Source: Histomonas meleagridis 2922-C6/04-290x
Lineage: Eukaryota; Protista; Parabasalia
Assembly: GCA_020184695.1 (NCBI GenBank)
Contig: JAANOX010000085.1
Location: forward strand, 1-64,000
Direction: 5' to 3'
DNA: 64,000 nt
The translations under genes were made by a program, and so were the position numbers. Below are positions 44,001 through 55,399 of the stretch, in pieces. Below the pieces are notes generated by a model. It had not been told where the DNA came from and made no database searches. It saw only the letters and a list, made by a program, of their open reading frames with translations. How positions within the stretch are numbered: the first letter of the stretch is position 1; each line of letters opens with the position of its first letter.

Positions 44001-45475
44001 ATACAATAATATTATTTGGGGATTATATAAATTATTTCATTGTGCACTTATATTGGCATCTTATAATGGTTATATAGAAATGGTTAAAATGCTTCTAGAA
44101 CAAGAAGGAATTGATGTTAATGCTCAAGATATTTATTTGTTTAATTTAATATTTATTTTAATAATTTTCTATTTCAATATGATATTTGGAAATTATTTAT
44201 ATTATTTTTCACAGCACTTCTCTATTCAGCTGATCATGGTCATACAGAAATAGTTAAATTACTTCTTGAACATGAAGAAATTGATATAAATTCCAAGGCT
44301 CTATAAAAATATAATTTCAAATTTACTTTAACAATTTAAAATTATAGAATAAAATTTGGAAATTATTCGATTTATTTTATACAGCACTTATGATAGCATC
44401 TGAACTTAACAAAATTGAAATCGCTAAATTACTTCTCGAACAAAAAGGTTTTGATATTAATGACAAAAACATTCATTCAATAAATATGATATTTTTTCTA
44501 TAAATTTCAAATTTAAAAATAAATATTGGAAATTATATAAATTATTTAATACAGCACTTATATTGGCATCGATGAACGGAAACATAGAAATCGTTAAATT
44601 ACTTCTTGAACAAGAAGGAATTGACGTTAATGCTAAAGATATTTATTTGCTAGTTTTAATATTTATTTTAATATTTTGATATTTCAAAATATTATTTAGA
44701 AATTATTTAAATTATTTAATACAGCTCTTACATGGGCATCTGATCATGGTTATACAGAAATAGTTAAATTACTTCTTGAACATGAAGAAATTGATATAAA
44801 TTCCAAGGCTCTATAAAAATATAATTTCAAATTTACTTTAACAATTTAAAATTATAGAATAAAATTTGGAAATTATTCGATTTATTTTATACAGCACTTA
44901 TGATAGCATCTGAACTTAACAAAATTGAAATCGCTAAATTACTTCTCGAACAAAAAGGTTTTGATATTAATGACAAAAACATTCATTCAATAAATATGAT
45001 ATTTTTTCTATAAATTTCAAATTTAAAAATAAATATTGGAAATTATATAAATTATTTAATACAGCACTTATATTGGCATCGATGAACGGAAACATAGAAA
45101 TCGTTAAATTACTTCTTGAACAAGAAGGAATTGACGTTAATGCTAAAGATATTTATTTGCTAGTTTTAATATTTATTTTAATATTTTGATATTTCAAAAT
45201 ATTATTTGGAAATTATTTAAATTATTTGATACAGCACTTATGAATGCATCTTATAAAGGTTATACAGAAATAGTTAAATTACTTCTTGAACAAGAAGGAA
45301 TCGATGTGAATGCAGAAAATGTTTATATTTTGAATTTCATATTTATTTTAATAATTTCTTATATTTAAATAATATTTGGATTTTATTTTATAAATTTCTT
45401 TCAGCATTAGCGGAAGCGTTATTACAATCCAATCAGGAAATTATTAATTTACTTATTGAACATATTAAATTTTGA
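41053..45475 (+). CDS. DUF3447-type ankyrin protein: N-terminal ORF to 42309 plus 19 linker-interrupted ankyrin modules ending LLIEHIKF-stop
   Basis: The N-terminal ORF is a paralog of 3345-4499. All 19 downstream modules are stop-free ankyrin sequence; terminal TGA at 45473-45475. Confidence 0.8.
42280..45475 (+). repeat. Interrupted ankyrin array, locus 3 (170-nt period, 19 units)
   Basis: Module starts at 42360, 42530, 42700, 42870, 43040, 43190, 43360, 43530, 43701, 43871, 44041, 44211, 44381, 44551, 44721, 44891, 45061, 45231, 45401. Confidence 0.95.
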
Positions 45476-46147
45476 AATTATTTTATCATAAATATTTTTT
45501 TTATTTTCTTAACTATGAAACTTTTTTTATAACAAACATTAATCAGAAATAGAATATTCAAGAATAAAATTTATCTTATGCTATAATTAATATTCATGAA
45601 TGTTAATAAAATTTTTATATCCAACAAATTTAAATATTAATTAGAAAAAATATTAGTGATGACTAACATGTTGTATCTTTCCATTTAGGATTCATCGTTA
45701 CGGTTACATTAATGGTATTCAATGATGAACGATCAAAACAATGATATTCATCAGCACTCCAACTGTAACGATGTCATTTTTGAGAATTTTCTTTCTATAT
45801 CATTAATCGTTTATTGGATCAGAATCAGTAAATTTACAAAGCTGTATACAATCAAATAATTCGAAAAAGGATAATTGTGGATATAAAGCTTTATAGGGTA
45901 AAATAAAAAATAACAACAGGATTTAACAATAATAATAATAATAAAAGAATACGTGTTAACATTGAGCAAGTGTTTAGTCTTGATAAACAATAATTATTAG
46001 CGGAATTGATAACAAGTTTACGTTCAAAATCAAACAAATTCACACTGTCAAGAGTTTACCAGAGGTGATGATATTTTTATGAGGGAATTATGGTAAAGCA
46101 AAATATTTAAATGATTATTTTTTTAGTTGATTTAATAAAAGTGACAA

Positions 46148-47539
46148 ATGAACGAGCTGAACTCAAGAATTACATCCTGTGCCCAAAAGTTTTTTGAATC
46201 TGGACAGTTTGCTGATTGCATTATTAAATCTCAACAAGGGAGTGAGTTTCGTTGCCATAGAATCATATTATCCAAACAATCTAGGTTCTTTTATAATTAT
46301 TTTAACCAGAACATCCAAAATGAGAATGAGTTAACACAGGAAATAGTTCTTCCATTTAGTGATGAAGCAACACTTAACAATTTTATTTCATTTTTGTATT
46401 CTGGTCATATCCATTTAACATCATCCTCAGCTCCAATCTATTTAAAATATGCAACTGTATACGAAGTCTCAACCCTTAAAATGGTAACAAATCTTTTCAT
46501 TAAGAAAGTCATTAATTCCAATAATATTCTCCAATACATTAAAATCTTTCTTCAATACGATCTTATTGATGAAGTTTGTTCATACTCCAAAATGCTAGCT
46601 GACAAACTTATATTAAATAATGACAAAATCAGAGAACAATTATTTAATTCTATTTGTCCGAAAGTTCTGTTTTCAATTCTTAAAGAAGAAAAAGTTCGTC
46701 AATTTTATAGTCAAGATAAAATCATTGAATTTATTGACGAATTCAATGACATTAATCCCATCACAAATATTGACGATAAAAAGGACCTTGAGTCACTCAT
46801 AAATTGGGGTGACCCATTTGCATATTTTTACTTCACAAAAAACCGCTGCGATTGGACCACCCCAAAAACATCAAGAAGGTTTTTAAATAAAGTATTAGAG
46901 ATAAGACGTAGAGACTTAATGACATTTAGTAAAGAGGCTAACGGTGCTAGCGATAAGGTGTCGAGATGGTATCCTTATGTTTGGTTACATAATATTGCAT
47001 ATGCACAACCAATCGGTCAAACACCAGAAGTAAAACTTGTGGAGTTTATGTCAACATTAGGCATAGCAAAAGTACCAATAAATCCAGAAGCTTTTGGATT
47101 TTTGCAGATTGATGCAACAGAACCAATACATGAAATTTTCGCTCCAAGAAATGCAGTTTCACAAGATGATACATACTACTTGTCAAAGGATATGTCTAAA
47201 GAAGAAAATGGACCATATTACTCGATATATATTTCAGAAGATGCAAAATTCCTCCCATCACAATTCATTCTTGATTCCAATATTCCGAAGTTGTTTAAGG
47301 GAGAAAGATACAGAGACCAACCATATCCTAAATCGGTAATGCTGAGTGGCGGAAGTAAAGGTGATGATAATCCTCTTTTCTCATCAGTGTTACTGGAGGA
47401 TGGCAAAGCATCGGTAAAACTCATCACAAAAGACTCGTTATCATTCCTAAAGGTAACTATGAACGGGGAGGAAAACGGAGGCGGAAGAGTTTTTCGCATC
47501 AAACAAATCGACTTCATTGGGCGTTTTCTGCCAAAATAA
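46148..47539 (+). CDS. BTB/POZ-domain protein
   Basis: FADCII, EFRCHRIILSKQSRFF, FISFLYSGHI, ATVYEVSTL. Confidence 0.88.
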   Translation: MNELNSRITSCAQKFFESGQFADCIIKSQQGSEFRCHRIILSKQSRFFYNYFNQNIQNENELTQEIVLPFSDEATLNNFISFLYSGHIHLTSSSAPIYLKYATVYEVSTLKMVTNLFIKKVINSNNILQYIKIFLQYDLIDEVCSYSKMLADKLILNNDKIREQLFNSICPKVLFSILKEEKVRQFYSQDKIIEFIDEFNDINPITNIDDKKDLESLINWGDPFAYFYFTKNRCDWTTPKTSRRFLNKVLEIRRRDLMTFSKEANGASDKVSRWYPYVWLHNIAYAQPIGQTPEVKLVEFMSTLGIAKVPINPEAFGFLQIDATEPIHEIFAPRNAVSQDDTYYLSKDMSKEENGPYYSIYISEDAKFLPSQFILDSNIPKLFKGERYRDQPYPKSVMLSGGSKGDDNPLFSSVLLEDGKASVKLITKDSLSFLKVTMNGEENGGGRVFRIKQIDFIGRFLPK

Positions 47540-47863
47540 TAAAGCACAGAAATTTGTGGTAAACCGTTTCCTTGTGTTTTTTTCTTCAAAACTTCTAAAC
47601 TCTTGTGTTTAAATTCAAGTACGAATCAGAAGTAGCAAAAAAAAAATGTTAAAACTTAAGTCAATTCCACCATAAAAATTTGCAAATCTTTAAATTTATA
47701 AATTATGAACATATCATCACTCAATAGTTGTGCCGAAATATAAGTGTCTTAAAGCAACTGCTTTGCTTTTTGCTATTAATTAAATAATAAACATATTTAA
47801 TATTAAATTTTTTAACATAATTATTTCACAAAACATCAAAACGACCGAAACATTATTTTCATC

Positions 47864-48598
47864 CTACGTTGGCGTTTTGTTAAATTTGCTCCGTAGCTTC
47901 AGTGGACAAATTATTGGCATTGTGTTACACTTTTGTGTTTCTGTTTGATTTGTTTTTTCAGAAGAAGAAGTCACATTTTGAGTTTCGGGAGCTCTCACAA
48001 CTGGTGATAGCTGTACTGGTATTGGCTGTTCAGTTGCAATTACAGTCTGTGGAGGTTGAGGAGGAATGGTATTGCAATCATTTGGAAGAGGAGGCTGAAA
48101 ACCAATTGGAAATGGAACAGGATTGGGTTGAAGAGGATAACCTTCTATAGGTATTCTGTATCTGATTGTCCATTGTCGAATTTCTGCATAGTTGCCTTTA
48201 AGAAATGGAATCTTTTCAAACAATATTTTCCATGATTCAGAATGAGATGTATTGGTAAAATATCTAAGCTTCTGTAATGATCCGTTTATGGATGATTTGC
48301 ATTTGGAAATTAATAATCTAAATTGTCGAGTATTGATTGCTATTGCATTATCAATCCAGCAAACGCCACAAACAAGAAATCTTTTCCAATCATCACTCTT
48401 ACCTTGTTCTGCATATTTTCTAACAGCTTCTAAAATTACATCAAAAGTTTCAATTCGATGTCCTCTACTTCTTTTGAAAGAATAACCATCAAATGTTGCT
48501 TTTAGATAAAGATAACCATTTTGGTCTTCTTCGCTTAATAATTCCCAAAACTTAGGAAGCTTTACCTTCTTCTTTATTTTTTCTTCACCATCATTCAT
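47864..48598 (-). CDS. Initiator-binding-domain (IBP39-type IBD) protein
   Basis: LSEEDQNGY...DDWKRFLVCGVCW...AINTRQFRLLISKCKSSINGSL is the parabasalid IBD winged-helix signature; Pro/Gln-rich tail. First ATG at 48598. Confidence 0.88.
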   Translation of the reverse strand: MNDGEEKIKKKVKLPKFWELLSEEDQNGYLYLKATFDGYSFKRSRGHRIETFDVILEAVRKYAEQGKSDDWKRFLVCGVCWIDNAIAINTRQFRLLISKCKSSINGSLQKLRYFTNTSHSESWKILFEKIPFLKGNYAEIRQWTIRYRIPIEGYPLQPNPVPFPIGFQPPLPNDCNTIPPQPPQTVIATEQPIPVQLSPVVRAPETQNVTSSSEKTNQTETQKCNTMPIICPLKLRSKFNKTPT

Positions 48599-49456
48599 TA
48601 AAGAAATAAGTGGCCGGCCAATTGTTGAGTTCAAAAAAATGTTACCTCACAAAAAAAATACATCCTTTCAAAACACACAAAAATTGAATGCTATCTAAAT
48701 CTTGAACCTCCGTTCCAGATAAGTCACAAAAATTACCAGAACGGAAATTTTGATCAAAAATATGGAAAACTTAACTTCCCTCAGGTAAAAAAGCACGACC
48801 GCAATTTCTTTGTTTTGTTTTGATTTGTTAAATTGCTTGGTTAATTCACCAAAGGACAAACAAGTGACATGAAAAAACGTTTGGACAATTAAAATTGATA
48901 ACATATGACTAAATAACCATACAAACCACTTTTTCAAACAAAATCACATCACCAAAAAATATGCATAAAATTCTGCAATATAACCACAACGTAATCCTGT
49001 TGGTATCTGGTATCAGCACTTAGATACCAAGTGGAATGCTCTTATTTCTGGTTAATGAATATCTAAAGAAAACAAAACATTGTAATTTTGCAAATTATAC
49101 TATTTTAAAACTGCAAATAATGTGAAAACTACTCTTTAAAGATTCAAACAAAAACATATCATGAATTACTATAGTTTCTCCTTTTTAATAACAATATATA
49201 ATATTAGCATTAGTATAATAATGACACATGATTAATTACAAAAACCTAAATGGAAACAAAAGATAATAGCAAGAATTTTATTGATCATATATTAAATAAA
49301 AAATTCAGATGAAGGATTTTTGGATAAAATGGTTTTGACGATGAGAAAGACTTATCATTTTTGAAATTTGATGATTTTAAAATAATTTTAATCGTTCTAT
49401 CTGATTTTTTCGTAAAAAACGATTTTTATCAAAAAGTTGTTGACCGTTAATAAAAA

Positions 49457-50719
49457 ATGTCTGGTAAAGGTGGATATCTCTCGAAGAAAGGAGAAGGGCG
49501 TTTCAAATCATGGAAAAAAAGATGGTTTATTGTTGAAAATGACAGGGTTAGCTTTTACCATGCTCCTGGTAAACCCAAAGATGGTGAAATTCTTTTCTCC
49601 ACATTTACTGGCCCACTCGTCTTAAATACTGGAAAGAAGAAAAAATATATAACAATAACAACAAACGAACGTGAATATAGTTTACTTGCTGAGAATGAAC
49701 GAGAAGCTAAATTATGGGTGGAAGCAATAAATAAAGCTTATAATCTTCTCTCTCAAAGTGGCTTTGGTCCAGGCGGTGAAGCTTTCCGAGAAGAGGTAAA
49801 AGATGATTATAAAATCAACTGCACATCTTTTGATGATTCCTTATTTTCAGTTAAAAGTGCACAAAACAACAAAATATCAAGATACGTTTCTGTATTATCA
49901 GTGTCAGATAAATATTTCGGTAATGTTGATACAGCTATTCAACTGCTTCAACCAGTTTTAACAGAGAAATGCAAATATTACATTAGTTCTCTCCTCACAG
50001 AAAAGTCAAATGGCTTTGTCAACATATACTTCCGACATATCTCCAACGAGAATATCTTTCATTTAATCCAAACAAGTGGAAAACTCGAAACATATCTTGC
50101 CACATTATATTCAGCCGAAATTTTACTTGCAATTGAATCTGTACACTCTGAAGACTTTTGCTTCACTGTTCTTCCACTTCACTACTGTCAACTCGATGGC
50201 GAAGGCCATGTTCGAGTAATCTCAATTGATGTAGTCAACACTAAAACTGGCGCCAGAGCACTTGAAAACAACAACAGAATCCTTGCTGAGTATTCCTCAC
50301 CTGAAATTCTTCAACGAATTGGATTCTCTAAAGAATCTAATTGGTGGAATTTCGGTATCCTTATCTACGAAATGCTTCAAGGTCTTCCCCCATTTTATGG
50401 AGAGACACTCGAGGAGATAATGGAAAACGTCCAAAACCAGCAACTCGAATTTCCAAAAGATAATAATCAATTCACTCCACATGCAAAAGATTTGATCACA
50501 AAGTTACTCGACCGAAATCCAAAGACACGACTTGGTGCAAATGGTCCTCAGGAAGTGAGAGACCACCCATTCTTCAGTGTGATAGAATGGAGTAAACTCG
50601 AAAAGAAAGAGACTCGATCAATATATATACCACAGCCAGGCGAAAAGGCTTTCGATCTCGAGTTATCAAGAAGAATTACAAAGGTTGTTTACGATGATGA
50701 ACTTCCTCAGAAAAATTAA
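49457..50719 (+). CDS. PH-domain plus AGC-kinase-like (Akt/PKB architecture) pseudokinase
   Basis: PH: GYLSKKG...KSWKKRWF...AKLWVEAI. Kinase C-lobe: EYSSPEIL, WWNFGILIYEMLQGLPPF, AKDLITKLL...RLG, HPFF. No HRD, DFG or Gly loop. Confidence 0.85.
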   Translation: MSGKGGYLSKKGEGRFKSWKKRWFIVENDRVSFYHAPGKPKDGEILFSTFTGPLVLNTGKKKKYITITTNEREYSLLAENEREAKLWVEAINKAYNLLSQSGFGPGGEAFREEVKDDYKINCTSFDDSLFSVKSAQNNKISRYVSVLSVSDKYFGNVDTAIQLLQPVLTEKCKYYISSLLTEKSNGFVNIYFRHISNENIFHLIQTSGKLETYLATLYSAEILLAIESVHSEDFCFTVLPLHYCQLDGEGHVRVISIDVVNTKTGARALENNNRILAEYSSPEILQRIGFSKESNWWNFGILIYEMLQGLPPFYGETLEEIMENVQNQQLEFPKDNNQFTPHAKDLITKLLDRNPKTRLGANGPQEVRDHPFFSVIEWSKLEKKETRSIYIPQPGEKAFDLELSRRITKVVYDDELPQKN

Positions 50720-50991
50720 ATCGTTTCGTAAAAATCGTTTCGTTGAATTTGATATTTTCCTTTTTCGTTGTTACTCAAAATTACATTTTCCTTATAATAA
50801 ATTGGTTTGAACATCTTCAAAGACTTTTATACATTTTATTTTTATTGGTTCATTAATCTCAAAATGGATAGTAAAAACGATCGGTTTCAAGACGAATTTT
50901 TCTAAAGTTTCTATAAAAAGTAAATCTGGGAACGGTTTTACTCGCTTATCAAGGACATATAAAAGGTAGGATATTTTTTAAATTTTTAAAC

Positions 50992-51710
50992 TTGATATGC
51001 TTATTTGGAATTAATCTTCTCAAATTCTGAATTTATTGAGCTAGCAGTCATAAACCGCTCGGATGGGGGTTTTACTAAACTTCTATGCAAATTGATCGGC
51101 ATATGAATTGAGAAGGTTTGTTTGAAAAAATAAACGGTTTATGGGGTCCCCCTATGATTCAGTTGATCCATGGAACCTGAACTAAATATATTGTGGATAA
51201 ACTTTTTAAATTATATCCAAAAAACCTTATCAACTTCATCATTTAATTATAACTTCTCCTTAAGCCCACGAAATTTTCATTCTTAAACCGAATAATGCTT
51301 CTATAACTGTTCGGTTATTAAAGAAATCTCAACCAAATATCGAATATCAAATACACCCACAATCTTCATCAATTGTAGATTTCGGTCTTTCATTTGTTTC
51401 GAATTTGATTTTATGTGCTTATAAAACAAAAAAAAATAATATTAAATAATATTAATGATGATTCGGTTTTGAACGATAGGGGATTTGAAAGGAAAAAAAT
51501 GGCAACATCAAATTTTTACCATTTTCTCAAAAAATACGTTATTTATATCCGAAAAGTGTCTTGAATTCCTATGCTTTAATATTAATGATCATTGTGGTGA
51601 TGAAGGCAGCCAAATTTGGTAAGTGTTACTTGTGATTTGTCAACAAATAAAATTGTTGAGATTTATTCATGAAAGCGTGATTTGTTATTTATTCCAAATA
51701 AGCATATCAA
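50992..51710. repeat. Perfect 20-bp inverted repeat pair (50992-51011 / 51691-51710)
   Basis: TTGATATGCTTATTTGGAAT and its reverse complement ATTCCAAATAAGCATATCAA; no flanking TSD seen. Confidence 0.8.
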
Positions 51711-51880
51711 ATCTTGATTTTCTTGAAATTAATTTATTAATTCAATGAAAAAATAAATGATATATCATATATGTAATAACTTTCAAAATACTTTAATGCT
51801 ATACTTATTCGACATGGTTCATAATCAATAGTTAATAAAATATTTTCTGTTGAAGTACATATTCTTGTAAAATCTTGGTA
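51570..51880 (-). pseudogene. Possible decayed protein-kinase fragment
   Basis: Minus-strand reading ICLFGINNKSRFHE*ISTILFVDKSQVTLTKFG loosely resembles the HRD-to-DFG segment; stops and frameshifts present. Confidence 0.25.
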
Positions 51881-53466
51881 CATACGATACATTATTTTCT
51901 GTTTTTTCTGAAAAAACGATTTTTGATCATTGAATTTATCAATTGCATTAAATTTTCGTATTTTCGAAAAATGTTCAATCTAATTTGATAATTTTATGAA
52001 CGAATTTAATTAGTGTATGTTTTTTAAATAACGAATATGTGTTACGGTTATCTATTCCTTTTATCTCATAATATATTACATTCTACAACTTAATATTTGA
52101 CATCCTATGTGATGATGTTAATTTCTCTATTTCTCCGATTATTAGTCAATACCACAGTTTCTAGCTAGCTATATTCATTAATATGAGCCAGCCTGACTAT
52201 ATATTTGTACTGCTGAATTTTTTTTATGCTTCATTCTATCAGTCATGTTTCCAAAAAAAAAAAAATGAATAATTCAAAATTCAATGTTTCAATGCATGTA
52301 GAAAATGATGTCGTTCACCTCACAAATTGGCTTTTTCGACGAAAAATTCAAGAATGACCATATAGTCATGATATAAAATATAAAAAAATCACTATTGACA
52401 GATGCCTCACTATTTATATTTGGTATTCCTGAATTTAAATATGATAAATCGATCATTTTTCATGAATATAGGTAATGGAGATAAAGATATCAACTCTAAA
52501 CCTATTAATTTAATAATACTATTCGATCGATGTCTGATTCATTAACGACTCAGAAAATTAAACAAGAAAATACATCAGATATTATTTTTTAATTTATTTA
52601 TGATTGATATTTATCAAAATAAAATATGTAAAATATGATATAATTATGATGGATTTAACAAATAATATTGTAAAATATTATAAATTACTTCAAATTTCTC
52701 ACATTCATGATGAAAAGACAAAAATATATTTAAATTAAATAAAAAACATTCGATAATGATAAAAATACGAAAACAAAAAATCACAAGCTATTCATAGAAA
52801 TATTCAATATCAAGGAAAAACGAGAAATAATATAATCGAGAACAAAAAACAGATGAAAAATAATCTTTTCCTATCTGCATTTTTCACTTCATCAGAATAT
52901 TGATCATTCGTAAAAATTTGTATAAAAAATATCTCTAAAAAATAATCAAATACTTTTATTCACTAATAAATAAAGACATGTGCTACTTCACATAAAAAAT
53001 TGCGTTTGCATAAACCTTGGAGAAGTGTGTTTTTTTCATGTATTTTCACTTTTTCTCAAAAATTTCAATAAAAATGATACAAGATAATAGTTTAGAAAAT
53101 AAACATATCTAACATACAATATTACTATATAGGAAATATTCCAAAATTCCCGAAAAAGTAGGTCGAAATCATATCGAATTTGGAAAGATTGAACAGTCAA
53201 AATTTCATAACGAGAGTATTTTTGCAATCTACTGCTGTTGAAAAAATATTGCAGGATTTGAAGTTTGAGGAACTCTCTGAGAACACTTATTAATATAATT
53301 ATTATTCTTCGCATTTTTATTGATTTCTTATCTGATAATTCTTTTTTTATTATTTTGAAACGACCGTTTAAATGTGAAATGAATGAGATCTCATTATCTT
53401 CTGAATTGTCGTATTTTTCAAAAAAATCGTGTCTTTTTAATAATAATAATAACTGAAAATTATGAT

Positions 53467-54271
53467 TTATTTAATACCATTTCCTTTGTATTCACGTAGT
53501 AATTTAACTATTTCTGTATTACCATTTAAAGATGCTCTAATAAGTGCTGTTTGAAATAATTTAAATAATTTCCAATTATTATTTGGAAATATTAAATTAT
53601 TAAAATAAATATAAAATAAAACAAACAAATATTTTTAGCATTAATATCAATTCCTTCTTGTTCAAGAAGTAATTTAACTATTTCTGTACGACCATTTTCA
53701 GATGCATCCATAAGTGCTGTAAAAAATAATTTAAATAATTTCCAAATATTATTTTGAAATATCAAATTATTAAAAAAAATATTAAATAATACATATAAAT
53801 ATCTTTAGCATTAATATCGATTCCTTCTTGTTCAAGAAGTAATTTAACTATTTCTATATGACCATAATAAGATGCATTCATAAGTGCTGTTTTAAATATT
53901 TTAAATAATTTCCAAATATTATTTTGAAATATAAAATTATTAAAATAAATATTATCTTTAGCATTAATATCAATTCCTTCTTGTTCAAGAAGTAATTTGA
54001 CTATTTCTGTATGACCATTGTAAGATGCATTCATAAGTGCTGTCCAAAATAATATAAATAATTTCCAATTAATATTTTGAGATATAAAATTATTAAAATA
54101 AATATTAAACAAAACAATTTAATGTCTTTATGATTTACATCAATTCCATGTTTTAAAAAGTATTTAATTAATTGTTCATGATTATACTTTGATGCCCATA
54201 AAAATGCTTTTTCAAAAAAAATTAAAGAAATTTTAAATAAATATTTATCACATAGAATTATGTAATTTAAC
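53467..54271 (-). repeat. Interrupted ankyrin array, locus 4 (linkers 61, 80, 63, 80, 80 nt)
   Basis: Counted directly from the sequence. Confidence 0.88.
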
Positions 54272-55399
54272 ATCGTCATTCTCAATCTTAATTCCTTTTT
54301 GTTTGATGAGCCATTTCACTACTATAGGGTTTCCATATCCAAGAAATTGGGAAAAAAGTTCTTTTTTAATCATTTTTCCTTCATAAAATATATGTATAAA
54401 TGGAAGATTATGCAAACTTAATGCACCAGCTTGGAGTGAAAGATTTAATTTTGATAAACCTTCTTTCTCTAAAAAAGATAAAATTTCATAATTAATGTGT
54501 TTTAAGCATTGTATTCCTAATTCATTTAAATCTTTGTTAATGATTAAGTTTTTTCTTTCTTCAAATTTTTGATTTCTTTCATCATAAAAATAATAAAAAA
54601 CGTCATTTCGATGAAATTGAATTGCTGTTTCTAATACATAGCTAATAGTCGAATTATTTTGTATGCATAAATGAATAATTTCTAAATTTCCGCCTGCAAT
54701 CGCATATTTTAATGTATTTTTAACATTTGATCCATTAATTAATAAAAACTTAAAACATTTAATTGACTTATAAAATGCACAAAAATCAATTAATGAAACA
54801 TTTTTATGATTAACAAATGAATGTTTTTCATAAGGTGATGGTTCAATTGTTTGATTGAAGTCAAATTTATTTTGCGTTGACATTTCTTGTAATTCTTCTA
54901 AATTATCATTTCGAAGAATCTCCAATATATGATTTTCTTTCTGATTTTCTTTGCTTGCTTTATTTATAATTTTTAAATAATAAAAAAGATTTGAAGGTAT
55001 CATTTTCTGGTCGTTCATTTCGTTAAGAAGACATTCTGATTCACTTGTATTTTTTATGTAAAGATAAATGGTTAATACCTTAAGTAGTTTTGAAAAACTT
55101 ATATTTTTTGTATTTGATAACAAGTTTAAAAATGAAATGTATAATTTTGCATCTTTATTTTGCGTAAAATAAGCCATATAAATACACTGAGTAATATAAA
55201 ACTCATAGAGTAAAGGACAACTTGGTGGAACTTCTAATACTTTTGAAACTTTCTGAAAAATTAATTCGAGATTATTTTCATTTAATTCTAAAAACAACTT
55301 TTCAATTGCAAGAGCTTCATCAGGAACGAGTTGCAAAACTGATGGACTTGGTGGAGGAGGTGGAGGAGGAATGTCCATAAAAATTATAGAAACGATCAT
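53467..55399 (-). CDS. DUF3447-type ankyrin protein: N-terminal ORF 54248-55399 plus five linker-interrupted ankyrin modules ending EYKGNGIK-stop
   Basis: LIDFCAFYKSIKCFKFLLINGS...YAIAGGNLEIIHLC. Modules start at minus-strand 54210, 54043, 53890, 53720, 53550; TAA at 53467-53469. Confidence 0.75.

Noticed and set aside
43073-45368. Short ORF-track entries within the arrays (43073, 43291, 44053, 45186; also 53762, 54031) as separate genes
   Set aside because: They are chance read-throughs of one or two modules plus linker.
42280-45400. Linkers as ordinary spliceosomal introns ending at the ACAG of the Thr-Ala codons
   Set aside because: No conserved GT donor, no ACTAAC branch motif, several units lack ACAG (TGTG, TCAG, ACGT, ACTG), and splicing there would delete conserved ankyrin residues.
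42280-45400. Simple programmed frameshift (-1/+2) with the linker translated
   Set aside because: The downstream frame is open in the consensus, but roughly half of the linkers I translated contain TAA, TAG or TGA in that frame, and the upstream frame also has stops; one frameshift cannot explain all units.
42280-45400. CRISPR-like array (constant repeat plus variable spacer of fixed length)
   Set aside because: Eukaryotic context, the constant part is protein-coding ankyrin, the spacers are homologous to each other, and there are no cas genes.
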